Shown piece after piece: positions 1-8,565 of a stretch of DNA of 64,000 nucleotides (the stretch's first letter is position 1; every line of letters begins with the position of its first letter). A program made the translations under genes and the position numbers. The DNA comes from Crocinitomicaceae bacterium (lineage in GTDB: Bacteria > Bacteroidota > Bacteroidia > Flavobacteriales_D > Crocinitomicaceae): the NCBI GenBank assembly GCA_965230585.1, contig CBDDLF010000007.1, positions 68,188 to 132,187 of the forward strand, given 5' to 3'. The notes under the pieces were generated by a model, which was not told the DNA's origin, ran no database searches, and saw only the letters and a program-made list of their open reading frames with translations.

Positions 1-1
1 G

Positions 2-2722
2 CCGGCGGCTCCCGGTGAGGAGATCGACTTCTCCGTCTTCGCCACCGACCCCGAGAGCGACTCCCTCGAATACAAGCTCACCTTCGGCGACGGCTCACCG
101 GCACGGGATTGGGCCGCGGCGTCCGTGGCTGCCCACACCTACACCGAGTCGGGGCACTACTCCGTCAAGGTGCAGGTGCGTGACATCAAACCCGACGGCA
201 GCCACTCCGTGGTCTCGCAGATCTTGACCGTCAGCGTGGTGGAGCCGGTGACCGGACCGTTGCCGTCCCATTCGTCGCAGCTGGCTTTGGACGACGTCCG
301 CCGGGTGGTGTGGACGGTGAATCCGGACAACGATTCCGTGGTCCGGGTCGACGCCGACACCCAGGCCCTCTTGCAAACCATCGACCTGCGATCCCTGCTC
401 AATACCAGCGAAACCGTCGATCCCGTGTCCGTCGACGTCGACGGGAGCGGCAACGCCTGGGTCGCCGCCCGCGACAGCGACGCGCTGCTCGTGCTTTCTC
501 CTGTCGGCGCGCTGCTGGCCGATCTCGACCTGGGCTGGGGATCCCAACCCCAAGCGGTGGTAGTCCACGGATCCGACGCCTACGTCACCACCCGGGGCCG
601 CGGCACGGGCTCCCCGTCCGACGGCCAATTGCTGCGCTTCGACACCGGCACCTTCAACCCCGACGGCGCCGTCGACCTTGGACCGTTTGCCGGAGCCATG
701 GCGATAACCGGCGACGGCAGCCGCGCCTATGTCGCTCGCTTCCTCTCCAAAGAGCACCACGGTGAAATTTGGGAGGTCGACACCGCGTCCATGACGTTGA
801 CCCGGACCATCGACCTGCTGCGGGATCGTGGTGAGCGCGGCCTGGACGCCGGCGGATCCGACGGTCCGGGCGTGCCCAATTACGTGTCGAGCCTGGTGCT
901 CAGCCCGCAGCAGGATTGGCTGTGGTTCACGGCGATCAAGGCCGACACCAACCGCGGTCTCTTCTTCCGTCAAGACACCGACCTCAACCTGCCCATGTCC
1001 CCGGACTCGACGGTGCGCTCGGTGCTCGGACGCATTGACTTGAGCAACCCCGACAACCCCTTCGAGCCAAATATCGGCGGCACGGGATCGTCGCGGGCGC
1101 GGGTCGATATCGACAACTCCGACTCCCCGTCGGCGATGGTCTTCTCCCCCGCCGGGGACTACGTTTTCGTCGCCCTCCAAGGCAACGACACCGTGGCCGT
1201 TTTCGACGACCTGGCGATCCGCGACGGCGGTGGACGCAGCTCCACCTGGCGATTCGACAGCTCCGGCGGCGCCCCCCAAGGCCTGTTGTTGGATCCTTCG
1301 AACGATCGATTGTGGATCAAAAGCTTCCTCGGACGCTCCCTGACCAGCCTGTCGTTGACGGATTTCTTCGCCAGCGGTGATCGCACGGTCAACGATTCCA
1401 CCCTCGCCACGGTGGCGGGCGAGCTGCTGCCCAGCGCCGTGCTGGCGGGCAAGACCCATTTCTACTTCGCGGGCAATGCGGTCGATGGTCAGAACGAGAT
1501 GAGCTTCGAGGGATATATCTCCTGCGCGAGCTGTCATCTCGACGGCGGTCACGACGGCCGGGTGTGGGATTTCACCCAGCGGGGTGAAGGTCTGCGCAAT
1601 ACCACCGCCCTCAACGGACGCGCCGGTATGGGTCACGGCAACGTGCATTGGACGGCGAATTTCGACGAGATCCAGGATTTCGTCAATGACATTCAATTCC
1701 AATTCGGTGGCAAGGGTTTCCTGCCCGACGGCGAGACCGCCAATCCACCCCTCGGTGCCGCCAACGCCGGTCGCAGCCAGGAGCTGGACGAGCTGGCCAC
1801 CTATTTGACCTCCTTGAGCGCCGAGCGATTCGGTCGCAGCCCCCACCGCACGGGCGGCGGCGGGCTGAATGTCGACGCCCAGCTCGGTGCCACGGTCTTC
1901 GAGAACCTGGGCTGCGACAGCTGCCACCTCCCACAAACCGAATTCACCGACAGCACCCTCGGCACCGCCACCCTGCACAACGTCGGCACCCTGCGCACCA
2001 GCTCCGGCCAACGCCTGGGTGAGCCGCTCACGGGCATCGACACACCGACCCTGCTCGGCGTTTTCGACGGCGCGCCTTACCTGCACGACGGCTCTGCGGC
2101 CACTCTGGAAGAGGTCTTCTCAGCCGTCGGCGGCACGGTCTACCAGCTCGAGCTGGGCACCTTCGCCGGCGACGCGGATCTGCCGGGATTCCCGTCGATC
2201 AACCAAGACAGCTCGTTCCACGGCAACATGGTGCAGCTGGGCGGTCCGGGTGCGTCGGTCACCCTCGACAACGTCGACGGCGGATCCGGCGGTCTCGGTC
2301 GGCTCGAGCTGCGCTATTGGCCCACAAATTCGGGCACCCTGCGACTGCGGGTGAACGGCGCGGTGATCGAGGATCGGGATTTCGACCGCGAAACCGTGCA
2401 TTTCCATTGGGAACGCATGGCCTTCGACAACGTGCCCCTGAACGCCGGAGCCGTCAACTCGGTGCAAATCGAGCTGACCACCACCACCTTCTCCGACATC
2501 GGCTTGGACGACCTCACCGTCGGCACCGCGGACGACGTCGCCCAAGCGTCACCCCATCGGGTCGCCCTCGGCCTCAGCCAGGCTGAGCGAGATCAGCTGA
2601 TCGCCTTCCTCAACAGTCTGGACCGGATCAGCGCTGGGGCTCCGCCGGTGGATTGGGGTGTGTTCGAGGATGGTTTCGAAAGCGGTGACGTCAACGCCTG
2701 GTCGTCGGTGGTCGGGAACTGA
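2..2722 (+). CDS. Secreted multidomain protein, 5' partial: PKD-like domain, beta-propeller region, di-haem cytochrome c peroxidase (CCP/MauG family) with CBM-like insert, DGFESGD..W tail
   Basis: The frame of ORF 125..2722 stays open back to nt 2. The N-terminal part reads PKD-like (HTYTESGHYSVKVQVRD). Two CXXCH motifs sit in CCP context (CASCHLDGGHDGRVWDF, CDSCHLPQTEFTD, TPTLLGVFDGAPYLHDGSAATLEEV). The protein ends VFEDGFESGDVNAWSSVVGN. Confidence 0.85.
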   Translation, partial: PAAPGEEIDFSVFATDPESDSLEYKLTFGDGSPARDWAAASVAAHTYTESGHYSVKVQVRDIKPDGSHSVVSQILTVSVVEPVTGPLPSHSSQLALDDVRRVVWTVNPDNDSVVRVDADTQALLQTIDLRSLLNTSETVDPVSVDVDGSGNAWVAARDSDALLVLSPVGALLADLDLGWGSQPQAVVVHGSDAYVTTRGRGTGSPSDGQLLRFDTGTFNPDGAVDLGPFAGAMAITGDGSRAYVARFLSKEHHGEIWEVDTASMTLTRTIDLLRDRGERGLDAGGSDGPGVPNYVSSLVLSPQQDWLWFTAIKADTNRGLFFRQDTDLNLPMSPDSTVRSVLGRIDLSNPDNPFEPNIGGTGSSRARVDIDNSDSPSAMVFSPAGDYVFVALQGNDTVAVFDDLAIRDGGGRSSTWRFDSSGGAPQGLLLDPSNDRLWIKSFLGRSLTSLSLTDFFASGDRTVNDSTLATVAGELLPSAVLAGKTHFYFAGNAVDGQNEMSFEGYISCASCHLDGGHDGRVWDFTQRGEGLRNTTALNGRAGMGHGNVHWTANFDEIQDFVNDIQFQFGGKGFLPDGETANPPLGAANAGRSQELDELATYLTSLSAERFGRSPHRTGGGGLNVDAQLGATVFENLGCDSCHLPQTEFTDSTLGTATLHNVGTLRTSSGQRLGEPLTGIDTPTLLGVFDGAPYLHDGSAATLEEVFSAVGGTVYQLELGTFAGDADLPGFPSINQDSSFHGNMVQLGGPGASVTLDNVDGGSGGLGRLELRYWPTNSGTLRLRVNGAVIEDRDFDRETVHFHWERMAFDNVPLNAGAVNSVQIELTTTTFSDIGLDDLTVGTADDVAQASPHRVALGLSQAERDQLIAFLNSLDRISAGAPPVDWGVFEDGFESGDVNAWSSVVGN

Positions 2723-2809
2723 GTTAGCGGTCGGGTCTGGCTGGTGGCTGGGCTCGGCCTTCGCGTCAAATCTTTGGCCTTCGTTCTCCCCCGCCGTTGC
2801 CTATTTCGC

Positions 2810-3028
2810 TCAGAGGAGGTACGTCGGGCTTGAGCCCGTTCTGCCGCATAGGCGATTGCAGCCTGAACGCTCAGGCTTAACGGATCGATAGTTGGCAAGA
2901 ATCTCATCCTTTGATCTTCCTGCTGCCAGGTTGTCGAGAGCAACGGACACCATGATCCGCGCATCCTTGAAACACGCTTTACCGAGGCAGACTTCTAGGC
3001 TAGAAGTGATGTAGCCTTGCCATCTCAT
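2810..3028 (-). pseudogene. DUF433-family small gene, apparently frameshifted
   Basis: From the ATG at 3028 the protein reads ITSSLEVCLGKACFKDARIMVSVALDNLAAGRSKDEILANY, which fits the DUF433 core. The expected C-terminal helix (LSLSVQAAIAYAAERA) is in the neighbouring frame (ORF 2593..2964). This implies an indel near 2885-2893. Confidence 0.45.
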
Positions 3029-3192
3029 GCTCGAAGGCCTCCGTGCCCCGATTCGAATGAAGGAAAGTCTTCCCGACAAATGCGAGTATGGCGTCTCGGA
3101 CTTGGGGTGTACTACGTGCAACGAGAGAAACGTGAACGAAGCAGCCTGCCTACTCGACGGAAGTTGGGACTCTGGACCGGAGTATCAATGCA

Positions 3193-3579
3193 ATGAAAGT
3201 TACCCGAGACGAAGAGATCTACGAGCTGGCTATGATCGACTTCCAGCTCTCCGAGATCGCCCGACTGGATGAGGTTCTTAGCCGAAACGGAATTCAAGAT
3301 CGCAAAGTTCGGATGTCGATCTGTTCTGAGTTCGCGGATTCCAACGGTACCTTTCTAGACCAGGGCTGGCTTGAAGGCGAGGCACCTGGAAGATGGTGGC
3401 CCGAGCTTCTGTTCTCAAGACGAGAGCTGGAACCAGAGGAAGGGATGGGTGACATGGAGGAACTACTCGCTCCCGAATACGCATCGAACTTTCACGAGTA
3501 CGCTAGCGGAGCGATCGACGTCTATTTTGAAGAGAACAACGAAGGCTTAGGGCCTCTTCGCACGGGGACAGCCGGATAA
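3193..3579 (+). CDS. Hypothetical acidic protein (128 aa)
   Basis: ATG-initiated ORF in the lower-G+C islet. I recognise no family. Confidence 0.4.
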   Translation: MKVTRDEEIYELAMIDFQLSEIARLDEVLSRNGIQDRKVRMSICSEFADSNGTFLDQGWLEGEAPGRWWPELLFSRRELEPEEGMGDMEELLAPEYASNFHEYASGAIDVYFEENNEGLGPLRTGTAG

Positions 3580-3708
3580 GGGTCAACACTGTTGCCCCAC
3601 TCGCCCGACCAATCAAAGAATCATTCACGAATTCCTCTTTCAGACCGTTCTTGAGGTGGTCGATAAGCCACTTGAATCTGAGCTTCCGGTTCTTAGGAGG
3701 CTTTCCGA

Positions 3709-3736
3709 CCTCAAAAACTACCCGGCACCTTTTCAG
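3709..3736 (+). repeat. Single REP-like repeat copy (cctcaaaaactacccggcaccttttcag)
   Basis: Matches 24 of 28 positions of the 29-nt unit at 7460..7488. It overlaps the 3' end of the sigma-54 AAA+ remnant on the opposite strand. Confidence 0.7.
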
Positions 3737-3995
3737 ATCCGGGAAGATCCTCCCGCCGGCGGCGTAGGGGAGGGATTGGAATCTGAATCACATCGAGTCG
3801 GTAGAAAAGATCCTGGCGAAAGCTACCGTTCGCCACTTCGGCCCGCAGATCCCGATTGGTGGTGAAAGCTCCCTTTTCGTGACCGAAGAGCTCGCTTTCG
3901 AGTAAGGTCTCGGAAAGGGTTGCGCAGTTGACCGCGATAAAGGCTTCCCCGGACCGCGGGCCGGCGCTGTGCAACGCGCGCGCCACGAGCTCTTT
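3711..3995 (-). pseudogene. Remnant of a sigma-54-dependent activator AAA+ domain
   Basis: [45 protein letters not shown] is joined directly to [40 protein letters not shown]. The stretch between GAFT and ATNRDL is missing. There is no REC or HTH domain and no Walker A start. Confidence 0.75.
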
Positions 3996-4031
3996 GCTGG
4001 TAATTTGAGGTGCCAGGCAAGTAAACCAGCA

Positions 4032-4874
4032 CTACAGGAAGTCTGGGTTGCAATCGTCCAGAAGCTTGCTGATCTTGCTCGCTGAGGAACCCACCTCGGT
4101 GAGCTCCTGTTTCAGAACGTCCAACGTTTCCTTGCTCAAGCTGGTGACCAACAAGCTATCGGCTTCAGGAGAAAAGCTCAGCCGAGAATCCTGATAACGG
4201 GGCTTGTTTCTAACATGGGCTTCGACAATCGCATGCCACAAGTACCCGTTCTCTTCATTTTCTTGGGTTTCGAAAACCTTCGAAAAATCCTCATTCCAGC
4301 CGGCTTCAAAGATGACTCTATGCCGATCTCTGGAGCCCGAGAGGCCTTGGCTGGCTGAGTTGTCGGTACCTGGCCCTTGAGCCTGAGTGCTCTCAACCCC
4401 CTTCAGCCCACCATCACGGGACAGCTCGTTTAGGAGTCTCTCGGTAGCTCTAAGAATCTTCTGCGCGAGCTTGGGGGGATTACCGTTTTTCGTTTTCAGA
4501 GCCAAGCGACGCACTGCACCGCAACCAGAAACCATCAGTTGAGGTATGGAGCTCCGATCCTCGGGCGTCGCTAATCTTATGAATTTGTCTCCCAACCAAA
4601 CTTCATCACCATCGATTCTGGCAGAGATTCGCTCTAGGCCGGCGGCAGAGCACCTGCCGGTCACAGACCAGGTCTCCTTATCCACAAGATCCCGATCCGT
4701 GTAGATCAACATCTTTAGACAATCCTGTAGTGGCTCACTCAAAGGCCCTAACGGGAGCCCAAGAAGCATCAACCCCGGATCACTCTTCGAGAGGTATAGA
4801 ACCACGCCGGGCTCTATCGAGCCGTCATCGAGATCTATCCCCAAAATGTCACCGATCTTTAGATCAATCATCAC
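4032..4874 (-). CDS. Hypothetical two-domain protein, candidate polymorphic-toxin immunity protein
   Basis: 280-aa ORF starting 113 nt downstream of the HINT remnant on the same strand. It has no signal peptide. The immunity role is inferred from position only. Confidence 0.5.
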   Translation of the reverse strand: MMIDLKIGDILGIDLDDGSIEPGVVLYLSKSDPGLMLLGLPLGPLSEPLQDCLKMLIYTDRDLVDKETWSVTGRCSAAGLERISARIDGDEVWLGDKFIRLATPEDRSSIPQLMVSGCGAVRRLALKTKNGNPPKLAQKILRATERLLNELSRDGGLKGVESTQAQGPGTDNSASQGLSGSRDRHRVIFEAGWNEDFSKVFETQENEENGYLWHAIVEAHVRNKPRYQDSRLSFSPEADSLLVTSLSKETLDVLKQELTEVGSSASKISKLLDDCNPDFL

Positions 4875-4987
4875 CCAACTTCACCTGTATACGCTTCATT
4901 GTTTCTATCCAGAATCCCGTCAGGCCCAATCGCTTCAGTATTTTCCAGGTGAGATTTCCTTCGGTGAGGTGTGTCTCCTGTGCCGAC

Positions 4988-5362
4988 CTATCGAATGGTG
5001 TTGTTGCCATCCATCAGTACGTAGAGCCCCTGGCCGGTTAGGTAGTCATAGGGACCGAGCTTGTCGCAGTCTAGATTAACATTTTGAACCAGGACCTGAT
5101 CGTCGCCGACGAAGTAATTATGTAGCCCACAGACCTCAAAATTAAAGACCGTCGTGCCTAGCTCGACCTGTTCAGCAGAGTCGAGCCTCAGCGTATCGCC
5201 ATCCAGCGAAACCAGCAGATCGCCGGGTTTCAAGTCCTCGGCTTGAGTCCAGCCTTGACCCTTGACGAAGAACGGATGCTTGTCCGTGGTCTCAAGGGTG
5301 ACTTCACCAGCTTCGAGCAGCCAAGCCTCGTCGGCCTGGCGCTCGAAAAGGTTGACGACTTC
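4988..5362 (-). pseudogene. C-terminal remnant of a polymorphic-toxin-type HINT domain
   Basis: The translation reads VVNLFERQADEAWLLEAGEVTLETTDKHPFFVKGQGWTQAEDLKPGDLLVSLDG...VFNFEVCGLHNYFVGDDQVLVQN. It lacks the N-terminal Cys block and any upstream carrier protein. Only about 30 aa follow the HINT end. There is no ATG and the frame is open back to the stop at 5453..5455. Confidence 0.7.
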
Positions 5363-5479
5363 TGCTGCCAGTTGAGGTGCCAGGTAAGGGATAAGCGCAC
5401 GTTCTAGAGCTCCTCTTCGTCTTCTAGGGGTGCGAGATTCCGGATTCCGACACTAGCGGAGTCGGATCATTCTCTCGGA

Positions 5480-5968
5480 TTACCGAAGCCCAGGATTTGC
5501 CATGAGAGCTGCGCAGAAAAGCAAGATCGCTGAAATTGCGAAGATACTTTTCCGGCTGGAACAGAGGCAGATCGCCCAAAGCACCAACCGGGCTGAAGCC
5601 ACATAGATGCTGCCGGCTTGCAGTGTGTACAGACCTGCTGGAAGCAAATAGAGGGTGTACACCAAAAGGGCGAGGGGTTCGGGGCCGGGCGATGATGACC
5701 CAAGAATTTTCTCGGCTAGGTGGAATGCGTTGATGGGAACGAGAAGAAGCTCTAAGCCGATGCAGAAGTTAAGGCGTTGGATGAAGGAGAACCCGGGCTC
5801 CTGATCCTTAGCTGTTGCGCTTGTTCCCGCTTCGGGGCGGAGCTCTGATTCCGCGGTCTCGGGAGGTTTGGAGATGATCGATTGAGAGACTCGAACCAGT
5901 TTCTCGAGCCTCGATCTTGCGTTATCTTGGGGAATTGGCATTCTTCTCTCTCTTTCAAATATATCCAT
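5480..5968 (-). CDS. Hypothetical small membrane protein
   Basis: 162-aa ORF with about 3 hydrophobic helices in its C-terminal half. I recognise no family. Confidence 0.4.
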   Translation of the reverse strand: MDIFERERRMPIPQDNARSRLEKLVRVSQSIISKPPETAESELRPEAGTSATAKDQEPGFSFIQRLNFCIGLELLLVPINAFHLAEKILGSSSPGPEPLALLVYTLYLLPAGLYTLQAGSIYVASARLVLWAICLCSSRKSIFAISAILLFCAALMANPGLR

Positions 5969-6261
5969 TCATAGTCGGATGGAAATAACCGGTATTTGAT
6001 TAGGTGATTTAGAGAGCAAATGGGATGCCACCCATGAGATCTTTGCGGATCCTTGCTTGAGATCTTGGGCCGGGCTTATTGTGCTGGACTCCTATTCATG
6101 TTCTTTTTCAGCCTTTATGAGGGAGTCTGTGATCCCACAAGGAGGCCCTCCAAGGTCCACCTGGTTTTGCAGGCCCCCCTTCGAATCTTGCAAAGAATCT
6201 GGTGGAGAGCCGCTGAAGGCAACCAAGAAGAGGCACTGAATACTTCAACATGCGGCCCAAA

Positions 6262-6428
6262 CGTCGCTCACCCTCGACAACGTCGATGGCGGATCCGGCG
6301 CCCCTGGGTCGGCTCGGGCTGCGCTATCGGCCCACGAATTCGGGCACCCTGCGGCTGGGGGGACCGGCACGGTGATCGAAAATCGGGAATTCCGACATCG
6401 GCTTGGGCGGCCTCAGCATTGGTGGGCC
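6262..6428 (+). pseudogene. Degenerate, internally deleted copy of the CBM-like segment of the first gene
   Basis: 6262..6395 aligns with 2256..2392 at a visibly high nucleotide identity. It reads LGRLGLRYRPTNSGTLRLG against LGRLELRYWPTNSGTLRLR in the first gene. The alignment then jumps to the equivalent of 2488..2530. There is no start and the frame is broken. Confidence 0.75.
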
Positions 6429-6559
6429 AGTATTGGACGCGTTGAATCGAGTGGCGACAGTTGTTGCCTAGGCGTCCAGTCAGTGTTCACAGCGGAGCAT
6501 CACGGGAAGAAGTCGTAAGCCAGTGACACGTTCCGCAGCAGCGGGCTAAACTGATTTAT

Positions 6560-6988
6560 ATGAACCAAGAAACACGAGAGCCTCGAAAGAGCTTCCGGCA
6601 TGAATCGGAGCTCCGCGTCGGCAAGCTTCCTTTACTCTCCGTTGCAGTTGGGCAGGACGCACTCGAAGACGTCGAGCCCAGCGCTCACGGCGTGATTGCA
6701 GTCGGCGACAGCGCCCGTGGTGTCCTTGCTCTTGGGCGAAAAGCAACGGGGTTCATAGCCCTCGGTGGCGAGGCTCGGGGGGTGTTCGCGATGGGCGGTC
6801 GGGCAACGGGCGTCTTCTCCATGGGTGGAGTCAGCACAGGTGTCGTGGCTGTGGGTGGTGTCGCGATAGGCCTGGTGTCCATGGGCGGAGCTGCGCTTGG
6901 GATCATTGCTCTTGGTGGCGCAGCAGCAGGCTATTTGGCTGTTGGCGGAGCCACTGCCGGTAGACACACCGTGGAGCCGGGAGGATGA
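6560..6988 (+). CDS. Gly/Ala-rich protein with about 9 tandem decapeptide repeats (G-h-h-A-h-G-G-x-A-x)
   Basis: The repeats read GVIAVGDSAR GVLALGRKAT GFIALGGEAR GVFAMGGRAT GVFSMGGVST GVVAVGGVAI GLVSMGGAAL GIIALGGAAA GYLAVGGATA. The ORF starts with ATG and has no clear RBS. Confidence 0.5.
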   Translation: MNQETREPRKSFRHESELRVGKLPLLSVAVGQDALEDVEPSAHGVIAVGDSARGVLALGRKATGFIALGGEARGVFAMGGRATGVFSMGGVSTGVVAVGGVAIGLVSMGGAALGIIALGGAAAGYLAVGGATAGRHTVEPGG

Positions 6989-7035
6989 CCAGGCCGCTTG
7001 CTTCACGGGCGGCCCGGCCGGTGAGCTTCAACTGG

Positions 7036-7081
7036 CCTCAGAAACTAGCTGGCCTCAGAAACTAAGTGGCACTTTTTCGGG
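7036..7081 (+). repeat. REP-like array, 2 degenerate copies
   Basis: cctcagaaactagctgg and cctcagaaactaagtggcacttttt, located between convergent genes. Confidence 0.6.
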
Positions 7082-7095
7082 CCCGGACTTTGGGC

Positions 7096-7344
7096 TCACC
7101 TAGGAACGGACAAACCCAGCTCCTCCGTGACCTGGCGAATTCTCCTCGCGGTACCGGTGTCCACCCCGGCTTCAGTGGCCTTGGTCATGATGCTCACCAG
7201 CACGCGCTTTTCCTCATCGTCCAGGTGGCCGTCCGCCTTCGCTAAGCCCAGCAAATAATTCAACTCGCTGACGTCGAGCTTGCCATCGTCGGTGAAGCAA
7301 CGAATGGATTCCACAGCGATCCTGAGATGTGAGCTGAGTGACAT
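7096..7344 (-). CDS. Small TerB-like protein
   Basis: DGKLDVSELNYLLGLAKADGHLDDEEKRVLVSIM fits the paired DG..E motif of TerB/DjlA-N-like domains. Confidence 0.5.
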   Translation of the reverse strand: MSLSSHLRIAVESIRCFTDDGKLDVSELNYLLGLAKADGHLDDEEKRVLVSIMTKATEAGVDTGTARRIRQVTEELGLSVPR

Positions 7345-7430
7345 GACGCCTCCTTGATCGAAGTTCGGGGCCTGAATGGATCTCCCACCTTGTGACTCTC
7401 ATACGCATCAACCCGCCATTTCATGCGCAG

Positions 7431-7530
7431 GTCTCAGCAACTACGTGGCACCTTTTCAGGTCTCAGAAACTACGTGGCACCTTTTCAGGTCTCACCTGTT
7501 CAGGGCTCAGAAACTACGTGGCACCTGGTC
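7431..7530 (+). repeat. REP-like array, 3 copies (two abutting 29-nt units plus one more)
   Basis: gtctcagcaactacgtggcaccttttcag (7431..7459) and gtctcagaaactacgtggcaccttttcag (7460..7488) abut. A third core lies at 7510..7526. The array sits in a divergent intergenic region. Confidence 0.9.
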
Positions 7531-7661
7531 TGTCTCCAACATCCAGCTCACACCCGGGCTCCGCCGGTGGATTGGAGGAGGTCGCCCCGGTTAGGGTGAA
7601 GCCACACCAATGACCGCACCGGCTTCTGCGCTAAAATACGCCTCAGCCGACGGTTAAACAA

Positions 7662-8132
7662 ATGGACTATCACATCACCAGAAAAGTTCTTGCGGCCTTG
7701 GAGGCAAAAGGAGTGCGCTACTCGATCTTCGGCGGCGTGGCTCTCAACCTTCATGGCTTGGCCCGTGCTACTGAAGATCTCGATCTCTTCATTGCTCCGG
7801 ATCACGACAATATTGACAGACTCAAAGACGCCCTCAGAACAGTCTTCAACGATCCCAACCTAGACGAAATCGATGCTGAGGAGCTAGCCGGAGAGTATCC
7901 CGCGGTTCAGTATATTCCTCCCGGCAACGGCTTTCATATCGACATCCTGACCCGTCTAGGAGACGCCTACACGTTTCACGATTTAGAAAACCAGAAAGTC
8001 GATCTTGAGGGGCTGGAGGTGACGGTGGTCACACCCCAAACCCTTTACGAGATGAAAAAATCCACGGTTCGGCCTCAGGATTGGGGCGACGCCGAGCGCT
8101 TGAAGCTTCGATTCGAGCTGGAAGACCGCTGA
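7662..8132 (+). CDS. Nucleotidyltransferase-fold protein (DUF2204/DUF6036-like)
   Basis: FGGVALNLHGLARATEDLDLFI fits the GG.A...HG..R.T.D.D minimal NTase signature. Confidence 0.6.
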   Translation: MDYHITRKVLAALEAKGVRYSIFGGVALNLHGLARATEDLDLFIAPDHDNIDRLKDALRTVFNDPNLDEIDAEELAGEYPAVQYIPPGNGFHIDILTRLGDAYTFHDLENQKVDLEGLEVTVVTPQTLYEMKKSTVRPQDWGDAERLKLRFELEDR

Positions 8133-8389
8133 TGCCGATCAAAAAATATCGCAGTGTGGAGGAGATGGAAGGGAACACTTGGCGAGAGGCCGGCAGCCAG
8201 GAGCTCTTTCGCGCCATTGAACAGGTCTGGGACTTCGCAAGCCGAACGCTACAGCCTAGCTATCCTCCCGGCGTCTACAAACACAGGTCGATCGAGGAGC
8301 TCCAAAAGCAGCGGGAAGTCTGGGACCGGGCGAATTTCGAGGCCTACCAGGCCCGCCAGAGCTCGGCACGAAGGAAACCGAAATCATAG
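8132..8389 (+). CDS. Small hypothetical protein translationally coupled to the NTase gene
   Basis: The ATG at 8132 overlaps the upstream TGA (TGATG). The product is 85 aa and I recognise no family. Confidence 0.5.
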   Translation: MPIKKYRSVEEMEGNTWREAGSQELFRAIEQVWDFASRTLQPSYPPGVYKHRSIEELQKQREVWDRANFEAYQARQSSARRKPKS

Positions 8390-8536
8390 AGCCAAAATAA
8401 GGCGCCAGGCTTCTCTTGCACCACTTGCCGGCTCGCACCCTGCGGCGGTCCTGCCACGGGCGGGACTGAAGTCGCGAATTGACCCCCCATTCAACAGGCT
8501 TTCCCTTATAAGCCATCAGATTCCTACCGATTGCTC

Positions 8537-8565
8537 TTGACTCGACAGTTTTTCCCTATCACAAT
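8537..8565 (+). promoter_or_regulatory. Sigma-70-like promoter candidate (TTGACT-N17-CACAAT)
   Basis: Hexamers with 17-nt spacing about 120 nt upstream of the 8685 start. The -10 element is weak. Confidence 0.25.

Noticed and set aside
95-2086. Very long antisense or out-of-frame ORFs in the track, for example 95..2086 -, 12296..13450 +, 17715..19103 -, 33234..34256 +, 35456..36367 -, 41454..42497 - and 58721..59776 -
   Set aside because: They lie opposite to, or out of frame with, genes that have clear family signatures. Their translations are Arg/Gly/Ala/Pro-rich low-complexity sequence, which is typical of high-G+C shadow ORFs.
7431-7530. The repeat arrays at 7431, 24956, 27377 and 42721 as CRISPR arrays
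   Set aside because: The units abut or are separated by related partial units. There are no unique spacers of constant length and no cas genes in the window.
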